Assembly: GCA_963697275.1 (NCBI GenBank)
Contig: CAVONF010000005.1
Span: 241,964-305,963 of the forward strand
Reading direction: 5' to 3'
Source: an uncultured Chloroflexia bacterium
Lineage (GTDB): Bacteria; Chloroflexota; Limnocylindria; Limnocylindrales; CSP1-4
DNA length: 64,000 nucleotides
Below the pieces are notes generated by a model. The model did not search any database, was not told the origin of the DNA, and was given only the letters and a program-made list of their open reading frames with translations. The translations under genes were made by a program, and so were the position numbers. Below, in pieces: positions 53,489 through 63,201 of the stretch. Numbering within the stretch: the stretch's first letter is position 1; the number at the start of each line of letters is the position of its first letter.

Positions 53489-53544
53489 TTGACGAGCCGA
53501 GGCTCGCCGGTCTAGACTTAATCCCGACGAAATGAGTCAGGATT
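53489..53544 (+). promoter_or_regulatory. Sigma70 promoter with an IscR/Rrf2-type operator
   Basis: TTGACG-N18-TAGACT, immediately followed by the 25-bp AATCCCGAC-GAAATGA-GTCAGGATT (53520-53544), which resembles the IscR type-1 site. Confidence 0.8.
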
Positions 53545-53600
53545 GTCGGTTCGCGCCGCGCCAGCGGTGACCCCAGCGATCCGATCACAGGAGATCCTCG

Positions 53601-54157
53601 TTGCGCAGCACCGTCCCGACGTCGGGAGCCCTCCATTTCTCCACGCGTGGGGAGTACGGCGTCCGCTTCATGGTGGAGCTGGCACGACACTACGGCAGCG
53701 GTCCTGTGAGCCTCTCCGAGATGGCCGAACACGAGTCGCTGCCGCGGCCGTACCTCGAGCAACTCGTGGTGAGCCTGCGCGAAGCCGGCTTGGTCGATCG
53801 AGCACTCGCGGCGCCCACGGCGGCTACGAGCTGGCGCGCGACCCGGCCCTCATCCGCATGGGTGAGGTCGTCACGGCGCTGGAGGGCCCCATCGCCCCGA
53901 TGGTCTGCGCCAGCCAGGACCCGCATCCTGCCGAGATGTGCGAACGGGTGGGCTACTGCACCGTCGACCGCTTGTGGCGGCGCGTCCGCGATGCCGTCGT
54001 CGCAGCGCTGGACTCCACGACGCTCGAGGAGCTCGCCCAGCCGAGATCCGGCCATCCGGCCCATCCTGGCGGCCGACCCAGCCACTCCGAAACGGCCCTG
54101 GTGGCCGTTCGTCCACTCCGATCACGACCCGCCAAGGAGCCCATCGCGCAGCCATGA
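53601..54157 (+). CDS. Rrf2-family Fe-S regulator, IscR-like (frameshift near 53795)
   Basis: STRGEYGVRFMVELA, YLEQL...LREAGLV, STRGAHGGY, three Cys (C..C..C). Confidence 0.9.
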
Positions 54158-55071
54158 CCAACGACACCGCTACCCTGCCCGCCACGGCCGCAACGGAGGC
54201 CACCGCCGACGACCGCGTGCTGCTGATCCGCGACCTCCACGTGGTCCCGGCCGCGGATCCGCAGCGTGAGATCCTGCGTGGCATCGACCTTGAGGTCCGC
54301 AAGGGCGAGGTCCACGCCATCATGGGCCGCAACGGCTCCGGCAAGACGACCCTGGCCTACGCGCTCATGGGCCACCCGGCCTACGAGGTCACCCGGGGCG
54401 AGGTCATCTGGAAGGGTGTCGACGTGCTCTCGTTGAGCCCCGACAAGCGCGCCCGGCTGGGCCTCTTCCTGGCCTTCCAGTACCCCACCGCGGTCCCGGG
54501 CCTGTCCGTGGCGTCCTTCCTGCGCACCGCGCTCAACGCGCGCCGCCGCGGACTGGAAGGTGGCGACAGCGAGATCGACCCCTCCGATCCCACGCGGGGC
54601 GGGATCAAGATGGCTGACTTCCGCAAGCTCATGCGCGAGAAGATGGCGCTGCTCAAGCTCGACGATTCCTTCGCTGGTCGCTACGTCAACGAGGGCTTCT
54701 CGGGCGGCGAGAAGAAGCGCCTGGAGATGCTCCAGATGGCCATCCTGGAGCCGGAGTTCGCTGTCCTCGACGAGACCGACTCGGGTCTCGATATCGACGC
54801 CCTGCGTATCGTGGCTGAGGGCGTCAACGCGCAGCTCAGCCCCGACCTCGGCGTGCTGCTCATCACCCATTACCAGCGCCTGCTCAACTACATCACCCCC
54901 GACCAGGTCCACGTGCTGGCCCACGGCCGCATCATCGCCTCGGGCGGCAAGGACCTGGCGCTGCGTCTCGAGGAAGAGGGCTATGCGCCCATCCTCCGCG
55001 AGGCCGGCTTCGACACGCATGCGCTCGATGAGGATCCCGAGGTCGAGCACCTCGAAGTGCTGGAGGACTAG
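54154..55071 (+). CDS. sufC: Fe-S cluster assembly ATPase SufC
   Basis: HAIMGRNGSGK, LFLAFQYP, VNEGFSGGEKKR.E, LDETDSGLDIDA, ITHYQRLL. Confidence 0.96.
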   Translation: MTNDTATLPATAATEATADDRVLLIRDLHVVPAADPQREILRGIDLEVRKGEVHAIMGRNGSGKTTLAYALMGHPAYEVTRGEVIWKGVDVLSLSPDKRARLGLFLAFQYPTAVPGLSVASFLRTALNARRRGLEGGDSEIDPSDPTRGGIKMADFRKLMREKMALLKLDDSFAGRYVNEGFSGGEKKRLEMLQMAILEPEFAVLDETDSGLDIDALRIVAEGVNAQLSPDLGVLLITHYQRLLNYITPDQVHVLAHGRIIASGGKDLALRLEEEGYAPILREAGFDTHALDEDPEVEHLEVLED

Positions 55072-55111
55072 CCGGGCCGGCTCTGCCGACCAGAACGCTG
55101 AAGCAAGACGC

Positions 55112-56377
55112 GTGGACACCCCGACCCCCCTCGACCCCCAGGCCATCCGCGGCGACTTCCCCATCTTCGAGCGAGACTTCGGAGGGCGTCGCCTGGCCTA
55201 CCTCGACAGCGCCGCCACGGCCCTGAAACCGAGTCCCGTCATCGCCGCCGTCTCCGACTACCACCGCCACTACAGCGCCAACGTCCACCGTGGCATCTAC
55301 ACCATCGGCGAGGAGGCCACCGCCGCCTACGAGGGCGCCCGGCAGAAGGTCGCCCGCTTCATCAACGCACCTGATGCGCACGAGGTCGTCTTCGTGCGCA
55401 ACGCCACCGAGGCCATCAATCTCGTCGCCTACGCCTGGGGCCGCCACAACATCGGCCGCGCTGACACCATCGTCCTGACCGAGCTGGAGCACCACTCCAA
55501 CCTGGTGCCCTGGCAGCTGCTGGCTCAGGAGAAGGACGCCGACCTCGAGTTCGTGCCCTTCGACACCGAGGGGCGCCTGCTCATGGACTCCTGGGAGGTG
55601 CTCCTTCGCACCCGGCCCCGGCTGGTGGCCTTCACCCACAAGTCGAACGCGCTGGGCACGCTTTCGCCAGTCAGGGAGATGGTCCGGCAGGCTCACGCCG
55701 CCGGCGCCCTGGTGCTCGTCGACGGCGCCCAGGCCGTGCCGCATCAGCCAGTGGACGTGCAGGACATCGGCGCGGACTTCTACGTCTTCTCCGGCCACAA
55801 GGTGCTGGCGCCGCCCGGCTCCGGGGCGCTGTGGGCCAGACGCGAGCTGCTCGAGGCCATGCCCCCGTTCATGAGCGGCGGCGAGATGATCAGCTCCGTG
55901 CACCTGCGCCACACCACCTTCAACGAGGTGCCCCACAAGTTCGAGGCCGGCACGCCGGACGTGGCCGCGGCCATCGGCCTCGGGGCCGCCGTGGACTACC
56001 TCTCCGCCGTGGGCATGGATCGCGTGGCTGCCCATGAGCAGGCCCTGACCGCCTACGCCCTGGAGATGCTGCCGCGGGAGGTCCCGGGCATCCACATCCA
56101 CGGCCCGCGTGAGGCCGCTGAGCGCTCCGGCATCGTGACCTTCACGCTGCCCGAGGCGCACCCCCACGACATCGCCACGCTGCTGGATCGCGAAGCCGTG
56201 GCCATCCGCGCCGGCCACCATTGCACCCAGCCCCTGCACGACCGGCTGGGCGTGCCGGCGACGGCGCGCGCCTCCTTCAGCGTCTACAGCGACCGCGACG
56301 ACCTCGATCGCCTCGCTGTCGGCCTGCGCGGGGTGCAGCGCATCTTCGGCAGCAGACCGGTCGCCGTTCCTTCCTAG
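55112..56377 (+). CDS. sufS: Cysteine desulfurase SufS
   Basis: YLDSAAT, NVHRG, EHHSN, DGAQ, SGHK, FEAGTP, RAGHHC. Confidence 0.96.
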   Translation: MDTPTPLDPQAIRGDFPIFERDFGGRRLAYLDSAATALKPSPVIAAVSDYHRHYSANVHRGIYTIGEEATAAYEGARQKVARFINAPDAHEVVFVRNATEAINLVAYAWGRHNIGRADTIVLTELEHHSNLVPWQLLAQEKDADLEFVPFDTEGRLLMDSWEVLLRTRPRLVAFTHKSNALGTLSPVREMVRQAHAAGALVLVDGAQAVPHQPVDVQDIGADFYVFSGHKVLAPPGSGALWARRELLEAMPPFMSGGEMISSVHLRHTTFNEVPHKFEAGTPDVAAAIGLGAAVDYLSAVGMDRVAAHEQALTAYALEMLPREVPGIHIHGPREAAERSGIVTFTLPEAHPHDIATLLDREAVAIRAGHHCTQPLHDRLGVPATARASFSVYSDRDDLDRLAVGLRGVQRIFGSRPVAVPS

Positions 56378-56412
56378 AGTCCCGCCACCGCATCAGGTAC
56401 CCTGCACAGCCC

Positions 56413-56811
56413 ATGGACGACCTCTACCGCGACGAGATCCTCGAGCACTACCGCCAGCCCCACAACTTCGGGACGCTGGAGCATCCTGATGCCGTCCATG
56501 AGGGCCACAACCCTCTCTGCGGCGACCGCATCACCATGATGCTGTCGGTTACGGAGGACGGGACCATCCGTGAGGTCGCCTTCAGCGGTCGTGGGTGTGC
56601 CATCAGCCAGGCCTCAGCCTCGCTGCTCACCGACGAGATCAAGGGCCGCAACGTCAGCGAAGTGGGGGCCATGACCAACCAGGACATCCTGGATCTGCTG
56701 GGTATCGAGATCAGCCCGGCCCGCCTCAAGTGCGCTCTGCTCTCGCTGGATACGCTGCAGCGAGCCCTCCGCGATCGGGACGCTGCCGAGGTCAGCCCGG
56801 CCGGCAGCTGA
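56413..56811 (+). CDS. sufU: SufU/IscU-type scaffold or sulfur transferase
   Basis: YRDEILEHY, NPLCGD, GCAISQASAS, ARLKCALL. Confidence 0.93.
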   Translation: MDDLYRDEILEHYRQPHNFGTLEHPDAVHEGHNPLCGDRITMMLSVTEDGTIREVAFSGRGCAISQASASLLTDEIKGRNVSEVGAMTNQDILDLLGIEISPARLKCALLSLDTLQRALRDRDAAEVSPAGS

Positions 56812-56869
56812 CCAGGCGGCCGGCTCACCCCCAGCCACGCTCGATCCACCAGGGAGTCGCATCGTCACC

Positions 56870-58055
56870 ATGACCAAGTCCTATCCCGGATCTCCTCCGC
56901 GAAGCCCGCGCCACGGTGCGCGAGCTGAGCACGGCCGAGACGGAGCGGGCGGCCCAGGCCGGCGCCACCATCGTCGATGTCCGCGAGGCCAGCGAATGGG
57001 AGCAGGGTCACATCAGCGGCGCCCGGCACGTCTCCAAGTCCTACATCGAGCAGGAGATCGAATCGGTCGCGCCGGACCGCTCCGTGCCGGTCGTCCTCTA
57101 TTGCGCCGGCGGCATCCGCTCGCTCTTCGCGGCACGCACGCTCCTCGACATGGGCTACCGTGACGTCGCCTCCATGCGCGGTGGCTTCCAGGCCTGGAAG
57201 TCCGAAGGCCGGGCCTTCACGCAGCCCCGGGTCCTGAGTGCGGAGCAGAAGCAGCGTTACTCGCGACACCTGCTCATCCCGGAGGTCGGGGCGGCCGGCC
57301 AGGTCAGGCTGCTCGATTCGAGGGTCCTCTTCATCGGTGCCGGCGGCCTGGGTTCGCCGGCCATGCTCTACCTCGCCGCGGCCGGGGTCGGCACCATCGG
57401 CGTCGTCGACTTCGATGTCGTCGATGCCTCCAACCTGCAGCGCCAGGTCATCCACCGCAGCGATCGCGTGGGCATGAAGAAGACGGAGTCGGCGGCGCAG
57501 ACGATCGCCGAGCTCAACCCTGATGTCCACGTCGTGTCCCACGAGGAGGTGCTCGGCGAGGACAACGTCGATCGCCTCATCGACGGCTACGACCTCATCA
57601 TCGACGGCACGGACACGTTCGAGACGCGCTATACGCTCAACGACGCCGCCGTGCGGGCCGGCATCCCCGTGGTGCATGCCTCGGTCTTCCGCTTCGAGGG
57701 CCAGCTCACGGTGTTCCAGCCGCACGAGGGTCCCTGCTACCGCTGCCTGTACCCCACGCCACCACCACCGGAGCTGGCGCCGGGCTGCTCGGTGGCCGGC
57801 GTGCTCGGCGTCGTGCCCGGTGTGATGGGCCTGCTCCAGGCCACCGAGGGCCTCAAGGTCCTGCTCGGCATCGGCGATCCGCTCGTCGGCCGGCTACTCA
57901 TCTACGACGCCCTCGACGGTGCCTTCAGCGAGCTCCAGCTGCGACGTGACCCGCATTGCCCCGCCTGCGGTGACGGCGACGCCGTCGGCCAGGCGAGTGA
58001 CGGGGTCTTCGCGCTGCCGACCCCGACGACGACTCCGATGGAGGTGAATGCATGA
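56870..58055 (+). CDS. moeB: Rhodanese-MoeB/ThiF fusion sulfur-carrier adenylyltransferase (MoeZ/MoeB; frameshift near 56890)
   Basis: N-terminal rhodanese (DVRE..EW..GHI.GA, YCAGGIRS), RYSRH, GAGGLGSP, SNLQRQ, CYRC, CPAC. Confidence 0.93.
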
Positions 58056-58327
58056 CCGCGGTCCGGATCCCGCCCGTGCTGCGCGCGCAGGCCGACAACC
58101 AGAAGCGGGTGGAGGTCAGCGGGGCCACGGTCGGCGAGGCGCTCGACTCCCTCCTCGGGCAGTACCCCGGCCTGCGTGAGCAGGTCTTCAGCGCTGACGG
58201 CACCCTGAACCGTTTCGTCAACGTCTACGTCAACGGTCGCGACGTCCGCTATGAGCAGGAGCTGGCTACCCCGGTCGGCGAGCACGACGAGGTCATCCTC
58301 CTGCCGGCCATGGCCGGGGGTCGCTAG
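58052..58327 (+). CDS. cysO: Ubiquitin-like sulfur carrier (CysO/MoaD/ThiS family)
   Basis: VRIPPVLR, FVNVYVN..DVR, C-terminal LPAMAGG-R. Confidence 0.88.
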   Translation: MTAVRIPPVLRAQADNQKRVEVSGATVGEALDSLLGQYPGLREQVFSADGTLNRFVNVYVNGRDVRYEQELATPVGEHDEVILLPAMAGGR

Positions 58328-58339
58328 GGGTACCGCCCG

Positions 58340-59359
58340 GTGACGGCCACCCACGAGCGGCTTCCCGGCACAGAGATCGATCGGCTGCGTCCGCATGCGC
58401 ACGGCGGCAGTGCGCGACACGGTGGGCGCTTCCCGTCCATCGTTGACGCCATCGGCTTCACGCCGCTGGTGGAGGTGCCCAACGTCTGTCCCAATCCCAA
58501 CGTGCGCCTCTACGCCAAGCTCGAGTTCATGAACCCCACCGGGTCGGTCAAGGACCGCGTCGCCAAGTACCTCATCGAGGACCTCGAGCGCTCCGGTCGG
58601 CTCAAGCCGGATTCCATCATCATCGAGCCCACCAGCGGGAACACCGGCATCGGCCTGGCCATGATCGCCCGGCGCAAGGGCTATCGCGTCGCGGTCGTGG
58701 TGCCGGACAACGTGACCATGGAGCGACGGCAGCTGCTGGCGCTGTTCGGGGCCGAGGTCATCGACTCGCCCGGGCACCTGGGCTCCAACGGCGCGGTCGC
58801 GCTGGCCAAGCACCTTGTGGCCAGGGACGACCGCTTCGTGATGCCCTACCAGTACGGCAACCCGGCCAATCCCCTTGCCCACGAGGAGACCACGGCCGAG
58901 GAGATCATCGCCGACTGCCCCGAGGTCGACGTCTTCGTGGCCGGCCTGGGCACCGGGGGGACGCTCATGGGCGTGGGGCGCCGCCTGCGCCGGCACAACC
59001 CCGACGTGCGCATCTACGCGGCCGAGCCACTGCCCGGCGAGCGTGTCCAGGGCCTGCGCTCCCTCGACGAGGGCTTCATCCCCGAGATCTTCGACCCCTC
59101 GGTCCTCGACGGCAAGCTGCTGGTCTCCAACGGCCAGGCCATCGAGGCGCTGCGCGAGCTGACCGAGAAGGAGGGCATCTTCGCCGGCGTGTCCTGCGGT
59201 GCGGTGCTGGTGGCCGCCAGGCAGGTGGCTCGCGAGATGGAGCGCGGCACCATCGTGGCCCTGCTGGCCGACGGTGGCTGGAAGTATCTCAGCGAGGACA
59301 TCTGGACGCGTGACCTCGATGCCGACGAGGACGTCGTCGACAGCCTGAACCTGTGGTGA
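58340..59359 (+). CDS. cysM: PLP-dependent cysteine synthase, CysM type
   Basis: KLEFMNPTGSVKDR, EPTSGNTG, QYGNPAN, GLGTGGT, ADGGWKYLS. Confidence 0.92.
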   Translation: MTATHERLPGTEIDRLRPHAHGGSARHGGRFPSIVDAIGFTPLVEVPNVCPNPNVRLYAKLEFMNPTGSVKDRVAKYLIEDLERSGRLKPDSIIIEPTSGNTGIGLAMIARRKGYRVAVVVPDNVTMERRQLLALFGAEVIDSPGHLGSNGAVALAKHLVARDDRFVMPYQYGNPANPLAHEETTAEEIIADCPEVDVFVAGLGTGGTLMGVGRRLRRHNPDVRIYAAEPLPGERVQGLRSLDEGFIPEIFDPSVLDGKLLVSNGQAIEALRELTEKEGIFAGVSCGAVLVAARQVAREMERGTIVALLADGGWKYLSEDIWTRDLDADEDVVDSLNLW

Positions 59360-59557
59360 GATGGCTGCGGCGGCCGGCGAGCGAGCCGCCCCCCCGATCG
59401 GCGGCTGAAGCCCCGTCCCCGGATCGCGTGCGCTCTTCGGCCGATGAGCCCGCCATGGCCGGCGATGTCATGGTGCCCGGCGTGGAGTCCTGGCAGCAGG
59501 CCGCCGACAGCGGCGCGGCTGCGCGAGTGGCAGCCGGTGCCGTGACAGGGCCGGCCG

Positions 59558-60025
59558 GTGACGGTAGCAGGGTCCGCCGACGCCCGCCCGCCCGGGCCGC
59601 CATGGACGCCCGCCTCCGCCGCGCTGCCGCGCCCGCTCCGCGAGGAGCTCATCGACTGGTTGCGCGGCACCCTCCCGAACGAGGGCTGCGGCCTGCTGGT
59701 GTCGGACCGCGTGGCCGAGGAGGGTGGCGTGCCGACCCGGTTCGTGGGCATGCGCAACGCCGCCGCCTCTCCGTATCGCTATCTCATGGACCCTGAGGAG
59801 CAGCTGCGGGTGCTGCTCGAGATCGACGATGCCGACGAGGTCGTGTGGGGCATCGTCCATTCGCACGTGGCCTCGCCGCCGTATCCATCCCCGACCGACA
59901 TCGGCCTGGCCGCCTACCCGGACGCGCTGTACCTGCTCTGCTCGTTCGCGAGCGAGCCGCCGGAGCTGCGGGCCTGGACCATCGTCGCCGGTGCCGTCAA
60001 CGAGGTCGTGCTCGAGCGCGTCTAG
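59558..60025 (+). CDS. mec: JAMM/M67 metallopeptidase (Mec+-like); may extend upstream to about 59353 through a frameshift
   Basis: PNEGCGLL, HSHVASPPYPSPTD (JAMM motif). Confidence 0.9.
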   Translation: MTVAGSADARPPGPPWTPASAALPRPLREELIDWLRGTLPNEGCGLLVSDRVAEEGGVPTRFVGMRNAAASPYRYLMDPEEQLRVLLEIDDADEVVWGIVHSHVASPPYPSPTDIGLAAYPDALYLLCSFASEPPELRAWTIVAGAVNEVVLERV

Positions 60026-60095
60026 CACGGCCGGCCCGGAACGGTCCTGCCCAGCGGCGTACACTCTCGGCCTAGCCGTTCAGGGGAGTGCAGAG

Positions 60096-60588
60096 ATGAG
60101 TCAACTGCTGGTCATCACCTTCGGAGAGCGCGAGACGGCCGGCCTGGCGGCTGAGCGGCTCAAGGGCCTCGAGAAGGCACACGGGGCGGACCTGGCCGAC
60201 ATGGCGGTCGTGGAGAAGGACGCCGACGGCAAGATCCACGTCCACCACGGCATCGACCGGACCACTGCTGTCGGTGCCGTCGGCGGCGGCGCCCTCGGCC
60301 TGCTCCTGGGGCTGGTGTTCTTCCCGGTCGCCGGCCTGGCCATCGGCGCCGCGGTCGGCGGGCTCATCGGCCGCTCGCTCCATCAGAACATCGACAAGAA
60401 GCTCGTCGAGGACGTCACCGCCGACCTGACCGAGAACACCTCGGCGCTCTTCGTGCTGGGCACCGGCAACGCCTCCGCCGTGATCGGCGCGCTGGAGCCC
60501 TTCAAGGGCAGGGTCTACCAGATCCACGCTCGATCCGGAGGCCGAGGCGCAGATCCAGGCGGCCCTCGACCGCCAACCGCGGGAGTAA
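60096..60588 (+). CDS. DUF1269 membrane protein (frameshift near 60525)
   Basis: D.AVVEKDADGK.H, GAVGGGALGLLLGLVF glycine zipper, TSALFVL. Confidence 0.85.
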
Positions 60589-60610
60589 CGCCCGCGCGCC
60601 CAGCGCCCCC

Positions 60611-61058
60611 TCACTCCTCGCCGATGTCCTCGTTCCAGACGTCGGGGTAGCGCTCGATGAACTGGGCCATGAGGGCCTTGCACTCGGCCGAAATCGAGGT
60701 TCACGACCTCCACGCCTCGCGAGCGCAGGTAGTCCTCGCCGCCCATGAAGGTCTCGTTCTCGCCGACGACCACGCGCGGGATGCCGTAGAGCAGGATGGC
60801 GCCCGTGCACATGTCGCAGGGCGAGAGCGTCGTGTACATCGTGGCGCGCCGGTAGACCGAGGCGTGCAGGCGGCCGATGGACTCGAGGCAGTCGGTCTCG
60901 CCGTGGCGGATGACGCTGCCCTGCTGGACGCGTCGGTTGTGCCCCGAGCCGAGCACCTTGCCGTCCGCCACGAGGGCCGCGCCCACGGGCACGCCGCCCT
61001 CGGCGAGTCCCTGCGCCGCCTCGTCGACGGCGATCTTCATGAAGGCCTGGTCGTCCAT
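60611..61058 (-). CDS. Cytosine/nucleoside deaminase, yeast-type (frameshift near 60695)
   Basis: EGGVPVGA, HNRRVQ, HGE, LSPCDMC, ...PDVWNEDIGEE*. Confidence 0.92.
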
Positions 61059-61107
61059 GTGCTCCTCCTTGAGCGTTCTCGGCAGGATCGATGCGGGCGG
61101 TCGGCGA

Positions 61108-62022
61108 TCAGGTGCGACGGTACGCCTTCAGGTAGGCGCCCGGGTAGGGCACGTTGCGGCCGGACAGTGCCAGCGCCACGATGACCACGATGTACGGCAG
61201 CGCCAGCATGATCTCGTTGGGCACGTCCTCGAAGCCGGGCGTGATGCGCAGTCGCAGGCCCAGCGAGAAGACGGCCGCGAAGACCAGCGCCCCGAGCACG
61301 CCCCGGAAGATGCGCCAGCGCCCGAAGATGACGAGGGCGATGCAGACCCAGCCGCGGCCGGCGATGATGTCCAGCGTGAAGGTGCCCAGCATGGCCAGGG
61401 TGATGAAGGCGCCGCCGACAGCCATGAAGGCGCCGCCGATCATGAGCGCGATGTAGCGGATCCGGAAGACGTCGATGCCGGCCACGTCGGCGGCCTCGGG
61501 GTTCTCGCCGACGGCACGGATGGACAGACCCAGTGGCGTCCTGCCCAGCACCCACCAGGCCGCCGGCACCACGACCAGGAAGGCCAGCCAGGTCAGCCCG
61601 TACTGGTTGGCGATCGTGCCGATGTCGCCCAGGCCGGCCAGCGGATCCCAGAGTGGCATAGGCTCGATGCGGCTCAGGGTGGTGCCCGTGAAGATGAGCC
61701 GGTTGGCGAACTCCGACACGCCGATGAGGCCGATGGTGAGACCCAGACCGCTGACGTGCTGGTTGGCCCCCAGCGTGACCGTGAGCAGCGCCATGAGCGC
61801 CCCGGCGATGAGACCCACCACGATGGCGCCGACCAGCCCGAGCCAGGCGTTGCCGGTGTGGAAGGCCACCGCGAAGCCGAAGAAGGCGCCCGCGTACATG
61901 GTGCCCTCGATGCCCAGGTTCAGGACCCCGGCGCGCTCGGTGTAGGTCTCGCCCACCGTGCCGTAGACGAGGGGCGTGGCGTTGCGGAAGGTGGCAGCCA
62001 GGATGTCGGCGAAGAAGGTCAT
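61108..62022 (-). CDS. Nucleoside/purine ABC transporter permease
   Basis: ERAGVLNLGIEG, NQHVSG, RAVGENP.AA, GRGWVCIALVIFGRW, LPY. Confidence 0.92.
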   Translation of the reverse strand: MTFFADILAATFRNATPLVYGTVGETYTERAGVLNLGIEGTMYAGAFFGFAVAFHTGNAWLGLVGAIVVGLIAGALMALLTVTLGANQHVSGLGLTIGLIGVSEFANRLIFTGTTLSRIEPMPLWDPLAGLGDIGTIANQYGLTWLAFLVVVPAAWWVLGRTPLGLSIRAVGENPEAADVAGIDVFRIRYIALMIGGAFMAVGGAFITLAMLGTFTLDIIAGRGWVCIALVIFGRWRIFRGVLGALVFAAVFSLGLRLRITPGFEDVPNEIMLALPYIVVIVALALSGRNVPYPGAYLKAYRRT

Positions 62023-63164
62023 GTCGGCGGACCTTCCGCGCGCCTGGTGCCTTCCGGCTCGTCGGGTGTCGGCTCGCCCTCATCGGGCGGCCGTTCCTCC
62101 TCGCGGCTGGCTCGCCTCCGGTACAGCGCCAGGGCGCCGATGACTACCAGGAGCAGCGTGCCCTGCACCACTGCGCCCAGCTGCGAGGGGATCTGCAGGC
62201 TGCGCACGGCCGATGAGGCGCCCACCGAGAGGTCGCCCAGCAGCAGGCCGGCCAGCAGCACGCCGGGCATGGTCAGCCCGCCCAGCATGGCGACGACGAT
62301 GCCGGTGTAGCCGAAGCCGGGCGAGATGCCGGCCGTGAGCCGGAACTGGATACCGGCCACCTCGCTGACGCCGGCCACGCCGGCCACGGCCCCGCTGATG
62401 AGGGCCACGCGCAGGAGCGTCCGCTCGACCTTGATGCCGGCGAAGCGGGCACCGTGCGGCGAGAGGCCCACGGCGCGCACGCGCAGTCCGGTGGCGGTGC
62501 GGCTCAGCACCCACCAGGCGACCACGATGATGACGATGGCGATGACGAAGCCGAGGTGCAGGCGCGACTTGCCCAGGAAGGGCAGGAACAGGCCCAGGCG
62601 CGGGAACTCCGCAGCCTCGGCGATGCGCGGCGATTCCGGGAAGCCGGTCTCGGGATCGGTCCACGGACCGTGCAGCAGTGCCTCCACCAGCAGCAGCGCC
62701 ACGGGGTTGAGCAGCAAGGTGGTGACCACCTCGTCGATGCCCAGGCGCACCCGCAGCAGGGCCGGCACCAGCGCCCAGGCAGCCCCCGCGAGGGCGCCCG
62801 CCGCGATCATCAGCGGCAGCACCACGATGGACGGCCAGCCGTGCACGACCTGGCCGATGCCGGCGGCGGCCACCGCACCCATGAGCAGCTGGCCCTCCAC
62901 GCCGATGTTCCAGTAGCCGGCGCGGAAGGCGATGGCCACCGCGGCGCCCGCGAAGAGCAGCGGCGAGGCCACGTTGAGGACCTCCCACAGCGTGAACTCG
63001 CGGGTCAGCGGCTGCACGAAGTAGGCGAAGTAGCCGTCGATGGGGCTGGCACCGGCGATGAAGAAGGCACTCCCCGTCACGGCCAGCACGGCCACCAGCG
63101 CGCCGACGACGATGACGCCGGCACGGCCCAGGCGCGTCTCGGCGGTGCGCCGGGCTTCGAGCAT
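62019..63164 (-). CDS. Nucleoside/purine ABC transporter permease
   Basis: FRAGYWNIGVEGQ, DEVVTTLLLN, RAVG, GFGYTGIVVA. Confidence 0.92.
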   Translation of the reverse strand: MLEARRTAETRLGRAGVIVVGALVAVLAVTGSAFFIAGASPIDGYFAYFVQPLTREFTLWEVLNVASPLLFAGAAVAIAFRAGYWNIGVEGQLLMGAVAAAGIGQVVHGWPSIVVLPLMIAAGALAGAAWALVPALLRVRLGIDEVVTTLLLNPVALLLVEALLHGPWTDPETGFPESPRIAEAAEFPRLGLFLPFLGKSRLHLGFVIAIVIIVVAWWVLSRTATGLRVRAVGLSPHGARFAGIKVERTLLRVALISGAVAGVAGVSEVAGIQFRLTAGISPGFGYTGIVVAMLGGLTMPGVLLAGLLLGDLSVGASSAVRSLQIPSQLGAVVQGTLLLVVIGALALYRRRASREEERPPDEGEPTPDEPEGTRRAEGPPT

Positions 63165-63201
63165 CACGCGGGGCCTCCTGGCCCCGGCCGGCCACCCGGG
63201 G

